DNA from: Floricoccus penangensis
Lineage (GTDB): Bacteria > Bacillota > Bacilli > Lactobacillales > Streptococcaceae
DNA length: 64,000 nt
Reading direction: 5' to 3'
Assembly (NCBI RefSeq): GCF_001832885.1
Contig: NZ_MKIQ01000001.1
Location: forward strand, 37,017-101,016
Part shown: piece by piece, positions 51,304-61,302 of the stretch
How the letters are laid out: every line of letters begins with the position of its first letter
How positions within the stretch are numbered: position 1 is the stretch's first letter
The notes under the pieces: generated by a model
Told to the model about the DNA's origin: nothing
Databases searched by the model: none
Seen by the model: only the letters and a program-made list of their open reading frames with translations
Translations under genes and position numbers: made by a program

Positions 51304-51597
51304 TTATTGTTTTAAATGTGAGTTGCCCACTTTTTGTTCTAGTTAATTTTATATTTTAAATCATATTGTAGATTTTTCGTATGCTATAATGAATTATGAA
51401 GATGAGATATTAAAGAATCTATGTTATACAGAGCTTGTATATCCTAGAATTAATAAAAAACTAGCATTTAACATTTATAACATAGCAATTGAAAATTTAA
51501 TTCTTACACATATAGAGTAATAACAGTTAATAGATTTTAAATTGCAAACCATATGTCCGACTTAGGTCATTTATTTTATATATTAAAAGGAAGATTT

Positions 51598-52284
51598 ATG
51601 AAATACAAAACTTTACTATTTGATCTAGATGATACGATTTTAGATTTTGGCGCTGCTGAAGATTACGCTCTAGCTAAGCTATTTGAAGATATGGGTGTTG
51701 AGTTAACAGATGATATTAAAGACTATTACTTAAAGATAAATAAGCAAGCTTGGAAGGATTATGAAGACGGTAAGATAAGCCGTCAAGAAGTTACAGATAA
51801 TCGTTTTTCTAATTTATTTTCTACATTAGGTATTGAGGTTGATGGTCCAAAAATGGATAATAAGTATCGCTCTCATTTAGCAGAAAACCCTCAATTTTTA
51901 GGGAAAAGTCTTGAAGTACTAGAAAAGTTGTCGCAAGATGATTATAAAATGTATATTTTGACTAATGGAGTATCTGTCACTCAACATAAGAGACTAAAAG
52001 ATGCTGATTTATACCGCTTTTTCGAAGATGTTATTGTGTCAGAGGAGACAGGATATCAAAAACCAATGGTAGAATTTTTTGACTGTGCTTTTGAAAGGAT
52101 AGAAAATTTTAATCCTGATACGACATTAATGATAGGTGACACATTATCCTCTGACATTAAAGGTGGTAATAATGCAGGAGTTGACACAGTATGGCTTAAT
52201 AATAAAGATGCTGAAAACTTAACCGATGCCGTACCTACATACGAGATAAATGATATAGAAAAAATCTATGAAATTTTAAAATAG
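51598..52284 (+). CDS. HAD-IA hydrolase (YjjG-like nucleotidase family), 228 aa
   Basis: Motif I FDLDDT; start at internal ATG with RBS AAAGGAAG. Confidence 0.75.
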   Translation: MKYKTLLFDLDDTILDFGAAEDYALAKLFEDMGVELTDDIKDYYLKINKQAWKDYEDGKISRQEVTDNRFSNLFSTLGIEVDGPKMDNKYRSHLAENPQFLGKSLEVLEKLSQDDYKMYILTNGVSVTQHKRLKDADLYRFFEDVIVSEETGYQKPMVEFFDCAFERIENFNPDTTLMIGDTLSSDIKGGNNAGVDTVWLNNKDAENLTDAVPTYEINDIEKIYEILK

Positions 52285-52391
52285 CTCTCAAGTCCTTACT
52301 TAATAGTAGGGGCTTTTATTAACCTTATTTTTACAAAGATTTAATAAAGAATTTACACACAAATAAGTTTTAAATCTTTATACTACAAATA

Positions 52392-52471
52392 TGTGAAATC
52401 ACAAACATTGTAATTGAAGTTATTGTTTTAAGTTAAGGGTGTTTTTAAGTGTTCTTTTTGTGAAAATCACA
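52392..52471. promoter_or_regulatory. Two palindromes, TGTGAAATCACA (52392..52403) and TGTGAAAATCACA (52459..52471), flanking/overlapping the GDPD-MFS promoter (extended -10 TGATATAAT at about 52489)
   Basis: Perfect 5-bp arms TGTGA/TCACA, twice, 67 bp apart. Confidence 0.45.
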
Positions 52472-52535
52472 TTTAAAGGAAGCGTTTTCATGATATAATA
52501 TTTGATGTTGGAAAATTTATTGGAGGATTTATATA

Positions 52536-53288
52536 ATGCATAAAGGTAAAAAGATTATTGCGCACAGGGGATTACCAGTCTTAGCACCTGAAAACACAAT
52601 GGGTGGTTTTAAGCTAATGGAGAAATATAATGTAGATTGGTTTGAAACTGATGTTACTTCGACTAGTGATGGGGAACTTGTAATTATTCATGATGACTAT
52701 CTTGATAGAACGACAAATAAATCAGGAGAGGTTTCAAGAATGAATTATTCAGAAATCAAAGATGCAGATACAGGTTTCTGGTTTTCATCAAAATATGATG
52801 GTGAAAAACTGCCAACTATGAGAGATATTGTTGATTTTGTTAATGAAACAAAAATTAATTTGAACATTGAGCTCAAAGGAATTACGGGTCCTGAGGGTAA
52901 TAAACTAGCAGATAGCTTAGTCCATAAATTAAAAGACTTCTTAGATCAGATTGATCCTAATATTGAAATTCTTATTTCTAGTTTTAATTCAATAATGTTA
53001 GCTAAGATGCATAATATTGCTCCTGAATATGAATATGCTATTCTTTTTGAACAACATACTTTGTACCCAGATTGGCAATTAATTGCTGATGCATGTGGAG
53101 CAAAGACAGTTCACTTAGAGAGTGAAAGATTAACATATGATATGATTTCAGAGATCAAAAAACGAGGCTATAATGTTAATGTATGGACGGTTAATGATCA
53201 TGGAAGAGCAAATGAACTTTTCAACTGGGGAGTTGATGGAATTTTTACAGATGTAGCAGATACATTTGTTGGAGAGAAAGGGGAATAA
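52536..53288 (+). CDS. Glycerophosphodiester phosphodiesterase, 250 aa
   Basis: GDPD motifs (IIAHRGLPVLAPENT, ETDVTSTSDGELVIIHD). Confidence 0.8.
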   Translation: MHKGKKIIAHRGLPVLAPENTMGGFKLMEKYNVDWFETDVTSTSDGELVIIHDDYLDRTTNKSGEVSRMNYSEIKDADTGFWFSSKYDGEKLPTMRDIVDFVNETKINLNIELKGITGPEGNKLADSLVHKLKDFLDQIDPNIEILISSFNSIMLAKMHNIAPEYEYAILFEQHTLYPDWQLIADACGAKTVHLESERLTYDMISEIKKRGYNVNVWTVNDHGRANELFNWGVDGIFTDVADTFVGEKGE

Positions 53289-53289
53289 G

Positions 53290-54576
53290 ATGAGTTTTAG
53301 TCAAACGATAATGAATAAGATAGGCTTCAAAGATAAGAAAAAATTTTTAGGTTTTCTGACAGTTGTGAGTTCTGGACAGATTATTTACTCAGCTTTTGAA
53401 GCTTTTAAGGGTACATTTTATAATACTTTGCTGGAAGTTTTCAATTTAAGTAATGCACAGTTAGGTACAATTCTTGGCGCACTAGGAATATCAACATTTC
53501 TATATATACCTGGTGGATGGATAAATAATAGATTCTCCACTAGATCATTATTGATTACAGGTATGCTAGTAAGGTTTTTAACTATAAACTATATGTTACT
53601 TTTCACTCCAGGATTTGAGCAACTAAAATTCATTGCTATGATTTGGGGTGTAGTAGATGCGTTCTTTTGGCCTGCAGTTCTTAACGGAGTAATACTCACA
53701 ACAAACGAAAGCAATAGATCTATAGGCTTTGGCCTATTAGAGTCGGTTCGTAGAGCATTGGAAGTTTTAATGAATTTCATTCTTGTGACTGTTATGTCAG
53801 TTGCTGGAGGTTTGGCAATATTTAAAGGTGGTATGTTTGTTTATAACTTACTATTGATACCTCTATGCTTCTTAGTAATGAAATATATTCCTAAAAATGG
53901 TATTTCAGCTGAACATGAGGGAGAGGGAGCAAAAGCTGCAGATGCACTAAAAGGACTGATTGCAGTTATGCTTAAACCAAAAGTTTGGCTAGCCTCACTT
54001 TCTGCATTGACTGTGTACTGGTGCTACATCATACTTATATATACTGTGCCATATCTTCAAGCTGTTTATAAAATCAATTCATCACAAGCTGCATTATTTG
54101 GTATTTTTAATACGGGGGTTATGGGAATCATATGTGGTGTATTAGCAGGTTATATAGCATCGAAAGTTCTTAAATCATCATCATTATTAATGGGACTAGC
54201 TCTACTTGTCACTGCTGCATCACTTGGTTTAACTTTAATAGTTCCAAAAACGAAAGAAGCACTTCTTCCAGCTGTAATAGTATTATTCCTATTTTCATTT
54301 TCAATTTTCTTAGCAAAAAGTATCATTTTAGCTCCTGTTGCAGAACTTGATATAGATTCTAGATATTCAGGATCGGCTATGAGTGTAGGATCATTCTTAG
54401 CGTATGCACCAGTTCTCCTTGTCTATTCAATGAATGGTCGTATTATAGATAATAATCTATCAGATCCAGTAGCTGCATATAAAACTATCTTTTTAATTGG
54501 AGTAGGAGTTGCATTATTTGGTGCATTCTGTTCATTTGTTTTAGTTGCCTTAGGTAAGAAAAGTAAGGCAGCATAG
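53290..54576 (+). CDS. MFS transporter, 428 aa, co-transcribed with GDPD (likely a glycerophosphodiester / glycerol-3-phosphate-type uptake pair)
   Basis: 12 TM helices; RBS GGAGAGAAAGGGG; 1-nt gap after GDPD. Confidence 0.7.
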   Translation: MSFSQTIMNKIGFKDKKKFLGFLTVVSSGQIIYSAFEAFKGTFYNTLLEVFNLSNAQLGTILGALGISTFLYIPGGWINNRFSTRSLLITGMLVRFLTINYMLLFTPGFEQLKFIAMIWGVVDAFFWPAVLNGVILTTNESNRSIGFGLLESVRRALEVLMNFILVTVMSVAGGLAIFKGGMFVYNLLLIPLCFLVMKYIPKNGISAEHEGEGAKAADALKGLIAVMLKPKVWLASLSALTVYWCYIILIYTVPYLQAVYKINSSQAALFGIFNTGVMGIICGVLAGYIASKVLKSSSLLMGLALLVTAASLGLTLIVPKTKEALLPAVIVLFLFSFSIFLAKSIILAPVAELDIDSRYSGSAMSVGSFLAYAPVLLVYSMNGRIIDNNLSDPVAAYKTIFLIGVGVALFGAFCSFVLVALGKKSKAA

Positions 54577-54599
54577 TTAAAACAATATAATAATAATTA

Positions 54600-54626
54600 A
54601 GGGTTGCTGAGAAGCAGCCTTTTTCA
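54600..54626 (+). terminator. Terminator GGTTGCtgagaaGCAGCCTTTTTC
   Basis: Stem plus T-run. Confidence 0.55.
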
Positions 54627-54755
54627 TCAAGTAAATTTACTAATGGCTTATAAACAACTATTTGCAAGAAATTTTGTTATAATTAGTAAACATTATTACT
54701 TATAAATAAAATAGTATTTCTTTTTATGAGTTTAATTTTAGGAGAGGGGTGAATT

Positions 54756-56207
54756 ATGTCACTTGCAACATTTTATAGCATATTAGGTACTTTGGTTTCT
54801 ATAAATGCTGTTTTAGCACTTATAACAATTTTTCGTAAGCCAAGGTCAATAGCAAGTATCTTTGCTTGGTCTTTGATTCTTATATTCTTACCCGGGGTTG
54901 GTTTTATTGCCTATCTATTTCTAGGTCGAGGTCTTGATAAGAAAACAGTTGAGCGTTTTGCTGTAGAAAACAAACAAGATTTAAGTGCGATTCAAGAAAA
55001 AATTGATCAGATGAATCATTCTGTCGAGAAGAAAGTTATGACCCCTCAAGAACGTCAGCTAAAACGTTACTTTAGCAATATTGAGCGTACGCCATTATGT
55101 AGAGGGAATGACGTTTCTTTTTACCTTAGTGGAGAAGAAAAATTTGCAGCTCTATTTGAAGACATTAAAAATGCCAAAGATAATATTCATGTTGAATATT
55201 ATGCATTCTTTAGCGATAAAATAGGTACTATCTTCCGTGATCATTTGATTGATAAAGCAAAACAAGGTGTCGAAGTAAAACTTATCTACGATCCATGGGG
55301 TGGCCACACTAATTCTAGTTTCTTTAAACCTCTTGAGGAGGCAGGGGGAGAAGTTATTCCATTTATTACTGCGCGTGACATTATTCGTAACACTCGTTTG
55401 AATTATCACCTACACCGTAAAGTAGTGGTAATTGATGGGCAGATTGGATGGACTGGTGGCTTTAATGTAGGTGACCAATATATTTATGGTAGTGAAAAAT
55501 TTGGTTTTTGGCGTGATACTCATGGCCGAATGGTTGGAACAGCAGCTTTTGGTCTACAAGAAACATTTATTCGTGACTGGAATGTATCTGTCTCTGATGA
55601 AAAAGATAAGCTTAAAAGAAAAGATAACTACTTTGTAGTGCCAGAAGAACCTGTTGGAGATGTTGATATTCAAATCGTATCTGATGGACCTGAAAGTGAG
55701 TCTATGACTTTAAGAACTGGTTTTATGAAGATGATTATGGATGCTGAAGATTATATCTGGTTCCAATCTCCATATCTAGTTCCTGATGACCCGATGATTA
55801 CAGCACTAGTTGCTGCAGCCCAATCAGGAGTCGATGTAAGGATAATGGTTCCTGATATGCCTGACCATCCATTTATCTTCCGAGCGACTCAGTATTATTC
55901 CAATTATTTACATAAACATGGTATTAAAATTTATAACTACAATAATGGATTTATACATTCAAAAACGGTTGTTATGGATGACAGATTAGGAGTATTTGGA
56001 ACAACCAATCAAGATATTCGTAGTTATGATTTGAACTTTGAAGTTAGTGCTTTCTGTTATGATGAAGGTGTAGCTAAAGAAATGGCAGAAATTTTCAAGA
56101 ATGACATGAAGAAATCTACTGAATTAACTGATGAAATAATTAGTAATCAATCACTTTGGCTTAAATTTAAACAAAATTTCTCAAGGCTATTAAGCCCAAT
56201 ACTTTAA
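54756..56207 (+). CDS. cls: Cardiolipin synthase, 483 aa
   Basis: Two N-terminal TM helices and two HKD motifs (HRKVVVIDG, HSKTVVMDD). Confidence 0.9.
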   Translation: MSLATFYSILGTLVSINAVLALITIFRKPRSIASIFAWSLILIFLPGVGFIAYLFLGRGLDKKTVERFAVENKQDLSAIQEKIDQMNHSVEKKVMTPQERQLKRYFSNIERTPLCRGNDVSFYLSGEEKFAALFEDIKNAKDNIHVEYYAFFSDKIGTIFRDHLIDKAKQGVEVKLIYDPWGGHTNSSFFKPLEEAGGEVIPFITARDIIRNTRLNYHLHRKVVVIDGQIGWTGGFNVGDQYIYGSEKFGFWRDTHGRMVGTAAFGLQETFIRDWNVSVSDEKDKLKRKDNYFVVPEEPVGDVDIQIVSDGPESESMTLRTGFMKMIMDAEDYIWFQSPYLVPDDPMITALVAAAQSGVDVRIMVPDMPDHPFIFRATQYYSNYLHKHGIKIYNYNNGFIHSKTVVMDDRLGVFGTTNQDIRSYDLNFEVSAFCYDEGVAKEMAEIFKNDMKKSTELTDEIISNQSLWLKFKQNFSRLLSPIL

Positions 56208-56264
56208 CATATTGTTTAGAATTAGTAGATCGTAAATTAATTATAAAAACTATAAAACTATGAA

Positions 56265-56960
56265 ATGGGGACTTGTATTATGGTGAAAAGAAGAGAGTAT
56301 GATCAAACATTAAAAAATTTAGTTGTTGCTTTATATTTAGCTGGTATGCCACGAGCTGATATTTTAAAAGAGTTTGGCTTGGACGAAACGACTTTTGACA
56401 GTTGGGTGAAACATGCTGAAAAATTAGAATATACACCGAACTTGAATGATATATTAGCCGGAGCAGAAGGAAATATAAATGCAGATTTAAAATCTGAGAA
56501 TCAAAAAAATGAATTAAAATTAGTATCTATTATTGTAGACCTTTTTACTGCACTGAGAAATTATGGTATAGATGAAGGAGAGCTTAATGGACATGATATT
56601 GATATTTCATACAATAGAGATGAAGAAATATTTAGAAATGAAGGACTAGTAAATTTAGTACTCTCAATTGATTTTACGACTTGGAATATAAATTTTAAAA
56701 CAATTATTCTTAGTGAAGTTAAAGTAACTAGTTATAAAAAATATAAAAACCTAGATGAACTTATGAAAAAACGTATGAAAGATTTGATTAGTCCGAGCAT
56801 TTCAAAGGCAAATTTAATGATTTCAAGTATGTTGACAGATATGATTGGTTTTCCATATACAGTAAATCTATTTGAAGAATTTGCAAATGAATTAAGCAAA
56901 GATTATTTTGATAGTGATGACTTTACTGATAGCCATTTAATCGATTTATTTGATAACTAA
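56265..56960 (+). CDS. Hypothetical protein with an N-terminal transposase-type (IS3 OrfA-like) HTH and an acidic C-terminal domain, 231 aa
   Basis: KRREYDQTLKNLVVALYLAGMPRADILKEFGLDETTFDSWVKHAEK resembles HTH_Tnp_1. There is no DDE domain and no flanking inverted repeats. Confidence 0.4.
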   Translation: MGTCIMVKRREYDQTLKNLVVALYLAGMPRADILKEFGLDETTFDSWVKHAEKLEYTPNLNDILAGAEGNINADLKSENQKNELKLVSIIVDLFTALRNYGIDEGELNGHDIDISYNRDEEIFRNEGLVNLVLSIDFTTWNINFKTIILSEVKVTSYKKYKNLDELMKKRMKDLISPSISKANLMISSMLTDMIGFPYTVNLFEEFANELSKDYFDSDDFTDSHLIDLFDN

Positions 56961-57245
56961 TAAATTAAAAATATGTAATCCCAAATCCTTAGATGATTTG
57001 GGATTTTTGGGTAATTATTACAGACTCAGAAACTCAAGTAGAAACAATCAAGTTTTATAGTGAATATGTTGTACGTATCCTATATTAAAAAATTAAAATT
57101 TAAAGGGTTCTTTCAAGGGTCATTCTTCATAAAATTTTGACTGATTTATTAAAGTAGGATATTATAAAAGAAAATAAGTCTTTGAAAGGTAATGCCAATT
57201 TATGTAATGTTTTTTAGAAACAATTCCGATATCTATTAAACTTTT

Positions 57246-58547
57246 GTGTATGTAAAAGTCTTTTTTATGTTACACAAGTTGAAGAGGGAAACCTTATTTA
57301 GGAGAATAAATGTTTTTAAAAATAATAAATTATATTACCAATGGCGTAGTCTTGAATGGATTAGTATGCTGGGTGATAGTTTTTACTATATCGCCCTTTT
57401 ATCATATGCTTCAAACTTATCTAATCCAAAAATAGCTATAATGATAATCAGTATCTCTGAGATTTTTCCAAGAGTTTTTGAAGTATTTCTTGGAGTTCTA
57501 GCTGATTCGACTCGGCAAAGAACAAAGAGATTTTTCCAATCAGGAATTTTTAGGGGATTTTGTTATCTCTTGATTGGAATAATAATGTTAAAATCAAATT
57601 CCATTATAGGAATACTTATAATTGGTATATTAAATGCACTCAGCGATTTGTTTGGTTCATATGTAGAACTATGCATATCACCATTTATCAAGTTGATAGT
57701 AGATGAAGATGATTTGGAGAAATCACTAGCTATTAACTCATTCTTTCATAACTTTATTTATATGTTTGCTAATTTAATTGGTGCAGCTTTGTTAGGAGTA
57801 TTAGGAATTCAACTACTGGCTTTTTTCAACGCATTAACTTTCTTTTTTGTTGCTTTTGGTGTAAAGGCAATAAGTAGTAAATTAATTTAGGTTGAGAAGA
57901 AGATTGAAGTTAAGAACTTTACTCATTTTAAGGATGTTGTAAATCATATTTTATATAGTTTGAAAGATTTAATTAGTGAAAAGTCAATCAGGAATTTTTT
58001 CTTATTTGCTGCTTGCCTTAATAGTTTTTCGCAAACCACTATTCCTGTATTGTCAATCTATTTATCTCAAAATAAAGGTTTTCAAATTATAAATTTAGCA
58101 TATTCGGTAGCAATAACTCAGGGATTAATTGTTATATCTGGGCTTTTAGGTAACTTTTTAGGACCAAAATACTTTACAAGGTTGTCAACCAATAATATTC
58201 TAGCTATCTCCTATGTTGGGAATATGTTGTTTTCTGTTTTTATATTTAAAAATTTACCAATGTTAGCAGTTTTGAGTTTACTGATAAGTACATTTGCAAT
58301 AGGGATATTTAACATTAGATTTAGCGTAATTATATTAAAGAATACACCATTAGAGAAAATGGGAATTATAAACTCCTGTATGAATACCTTTTTTACAGTA
58401 ATCCCAGCTCTAATATCAACAGTGTCAATAAGTTTGGCTACTAACTCGATATTTATATATGCTTTATTTGTTGGTGTGATTTCCATTACTGCATTCTTAA
58501 TTTTGTTTCTAACAAGAAATACAAAATTAGATATAGGAAAAATCTAA
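57246..58547 (+). pseudogene. MFS transporter split into two same-frame halves (214 + 195 aa) by TAG 57888 and TGA 57903
   Basis: N-half has 6 TM with MFS motif-A-like GVLADSTRQRTKR; C-half has 6 TM. The 69-nt junction carries two stops in the shared frame. Confidence 0.5.
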
Positions 58548-58661
58548 AAAATTTAGTTTATAAATCTAATATATATAAGCATGTAACAGCTTTGTTGCTT
58601 GTCATTTACTCCAGTTTACAGATAATAGAATTATAAAGAGAAAGGTAAAAGGAACTCAAAA

Positions 58662-59228
58662 ATGGCTTTAGGTGAATCATTAAGTAAGGCTCGTAAAGAT
58701 AAAAATCTTACACAGGATATGGTAGCTGAGCAATTATATGTAACTAGACAGACCGTATCTAGATGGGAGCAAAATAAGACCATGCCTAACATATATGTAC
58801 TTAAGGAATTGAGTTTACTTTATGGCCTATCTCTTGAACAGCTTGTTTCTGAGAAAACAGATTCGAGTGATGAAATAAATTCTATTGAATCGAGGGAAGA
58901 GAAGATGACAAGAAAGAAAATTAACTGGTTTGCCCTAATTGGAGTGCTAATATTTAATATTTTATTAATATTAACCGTGTTTACAATAGTAGGAGGGGTA
59001 TTGTTCTGTATATGGTTGTTGGATATTGTTTTTATAGCAAGTCCTTTGATTTTAGCCTATGCAAATATATCTGGTGCTCAAGCTTACGCTAATGATCAAA
59101 CCATTTATGCAATTATTTTCTTTGTTATTGGAATAGTGGCATTTCCGATAATGATAAAGATAACAAAATTACTTGTAAACTTCTTTGTAAAGTACGTAAA
59201 GTATAACGTAAAGGCAGTTTATAACTAA
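58662..59228 (+). CDS. XRE-family HTH regulator with C-terminal TM domain, 188 aa (paralog of 1892..2422)
   Basis: TQDMVAEQLYVTRQTVSRWEQNKTMPNIYVLKELSLLYGLSLEQLV plus 3 TM helices. Confidence 0.7.
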   Translation: MALGESLSKARKDKNLTQDMVAEQLYVTRQTVSRWEQNKTMPNIYVLKELSLLYGLSLEQLVSEKTDSSDEINSIESREEKMTRKKINWFALIGVLIFNILLILTVFTIVGGVLFCIWLLDIVFIASPLILAYANISGAQAYANDQTIYAIIFFVIGIVAFPIMIKITKLLVNFFVKYVKYNVKAVYN

Positions 59229-59254
59229 AAAGTCAGATATCTGGCTTTTTTTTA
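59228..59254 (+). terminator. Terminator AAAGTCAGATATCTGGCTTTTTTTT
   Basis: Stem plus T8. Confidence 0.6.
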
Positions 59255-59268
59255 GTTATATTTAAGTA

Positions 59269-59331
59269 AAGTACAATATCATAGTGTACTTAAGCTTAAT
59301 TCTTGCAGTAGGTTTAATCTTTTAGTAAAAT
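59269..59331 (+). promoter_or_regulatory. Promoter TTGCAG-N17-TAAAAT (59303..59331) preceded by the inverted repeat AAGTACA-N9-TGTACTT (59269..59291)
   Basis: Read directly; RBS GGAG before the EAL gene ATG. Confidence 0.45.
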
Positions 59332-59387
59332 CATTGTAATATAATACTATAGTTTCTATGTATGAATGCGTATAAATGGAGTGAAAA

Positions 59388-60092
59388 ATGAATATCTTTG
59401 ATGACTTATACTTACTGTTTCAACCAATAGTTAATACAGAATCTACAATGGATTTTAATGAGTTTGAGATTCTGCTTAGAACCCATGAGACTAATTCATT
59501 TCCAGAAAGTTTATTTACTAGATTAATGAATGATGAAGGTTTATATATAAATTATTTGGACTGGTTCCACAAAGAAATTAAAAAAAATATGGATGCATTT
59601 CCTAAATATAATTTTTCTTTGAATCTTTTTCCTAACCAAATAACCAAGGAAGCAACATGGAAATTTTTGAATGAATTAAAATCATATTCATCTCAAATTA
59701 TGATTGAAATAACTGAACATATCAAACCATTTCAAAAACAGGTTGATCATATGAACAATCAAATTGACATGGAATCCTATTTGATTAAAATGAGAGGACT
59801 TGGATATCAAGTTGCTTTAGATGATATATCTACAGGTCAGAATAATTTGGAGTTTGTTTTAAACAATATTGAACATATTGATACAATGAAATTTACTTTG
59901 ACAGCTTTTATGGATGCACAGATGGAAGACGTTAAAGATTTTATATATGCATGGAAACATGTAGCTATGAGACACGGCAAAAGATTTATCGTTGAAGGCG
60001 TTGAAAATGAGGAAATTAGCAAGAGGCTATCAGATTCTGGTTTTACCTATCAACAAGGATATTACTGGCCATTTATAAAAGATATGTGTTAG
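59388..60092 (+). CDS. Standalone EAL-domain protein (putative c-di-GMP phosphodiesterase), 234 aa
   Basis: EAL landmarks in order: LLFQPIV, FEILLR (E-x-L-x-R), EITE, DDISTG (DDFGTG variant), EGVE and QQGYYW. Confidence 0.8.
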   Translation: MNIFDDLYLLFQPIVNTESTMDFNEFEILLRTHETNSFPESLFTRLMNDEGLYINYLDWFHKEIKKNMDAFPKYNFSLNLFPNQITKEATWKFLNELKSYSSQIMIEITEHIKPFQKQVDHMNNQIDMESYLIKMRGLGYQVALDDISTGQNNLEFVLNNIEHIDTMKFTLTAFMDAQMEDVKDFIYAWKHVAMRHGKRFIVEGVENEEISKRLSDSGFTYQQGYYWPFIKDMC

Positions 60093-60114
60093 GGTACTGG
60101 AGAACCCTTGAAAA

Positions 60115-61302
60115 ATGAATATGATTATTACTTTAATATTTTTTATTCCCATTATATTAACCAGTCTTCTTTTATCTTTCTACTCTATTTCAAGGACAAC
60201 TGGACGTACTAAGTTTGCTAGAATAGAAAAGTATGCATTGCTACTAGTGTTATATGCAATATATGAATATTTTATATTAAGCTTCACTTATACTTTTGTG
60301 GGATTCTATTGCTTTGAGTATACCTTAGCGATATTTATCTCTTATTACTGCCTACCTAAAGAAGGAAAGTACTTATTCCTTATAACCCCTTTATTATTGA
60401 TGGCCTACTATAGTTTCTATAATTTTGATTATTCAGGCTCTGAAATTAGGATTATCTTAATAGGAATAATTCATTTTATTGTATTTTCCGTCTTGCAAAG
60501 CATGGAAATTAATCAGAAGAGATGGGTACAAATAATATTTCTCCTTATGATTGATATGGTGATATCTTTAGGTTCAGATTCGGCTGCTATTAGCATAGAA
60601 GGCAGAAGCATTAGAATAGATGAAGAAGTTCTGGTATTTCTAGGTTCGCTAGTTGTTGTTTTTCTATATAGAAGGTTCCATACGGTACAGCTACAAGATA
60701 TTAAGGCAATGAATGATGCAATAAAGAAATCTCAAATTGATAGTTTGACTGGGGCTCATAATTTTTCTGGTTTTACTAAGTTATTGGAAAATTTTCCAAT
60801 GAACACTAGCATAGTCACTGTAGCTATGATTGATTTGGATTACTTTAAAAAGGTTAATGATACATATGGTCATATAGAGGGAAACAATTTACTGATTTCA
60901 TTAGTTCGTATGATTCGAAATTATATGAACAGTCAACTAAATGAAGAGGAGTATTATATATTTCGCTTTGGCGGTGAAGAATTTTGCTTGGTTTTTTTCA
61001 ACCTTGATTCAAAAAAAGTTAAAAATCTTTTGGATGATTTTAGAATGTCTTTTGTTACTTACTATGATAGTGTGGATGATTATGATAAGGTTCAAGTTAG
61101 TTTTTCAGTAGGTATATCAAGTAAAGTTATTGATGGTGATAAAGAAGTAGTTCATATAGCTTTAGAGGAGGCTGACAAGGCACTTTATAAGGCGAAAAAT
61201 AATGGACGAAATCAAGTAATAATATATAAAGATGATGAACAAAAAAATGAACAACTAAATTTATTAAGTTTTTTAAAGGTGAATAATAATGAAAAAAAAT
61301 AA
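60115..61302 (+). CDS. Membrane-embedded GGDEF diguanylate cyclase, 395 aa
   Basis: About 6 N-terminal TM helices, then GGDEF with an intact A-site RFGGEEF and upstream DLDYFKKVNDTYGH. No RxxD I-site. Confidence 0.85.
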   Translation: MNMIITLIFFIPIILTSLLLSFYSISRTTGRTKFARIEKYALLLVLYAIYEYFILSFTYTFVGFYCFEYTLAIFISYYCLPKEGKYLFLITPLLLMAYYSFYNFDYSGSEIRIILIGIIHFIVFSVLQSMEINQKRWVQIIFLLMIDMVISLGSDSAAISIEGRSIRIDEEVLVFLGSLVVVFLYRRFHTVQLQDIKAMNDAIKKSQIDSLTGAHNFSGFTKLLENFPMNTSIVTVAMIDLDYFKKVNDTYGHIEGNNLLISLVRMIRNYMNSQLNEEEYYIFRFGGEEFCLVFFNLDSKKVKNLLDDFRMSFVTYYDSVDDYDKVQVSFSVGISSKVIDGDKEVVHIALEEADKALYKAKNNGRNQVIIYKDDEQKNEQLNLLSFLKVNNNEKK

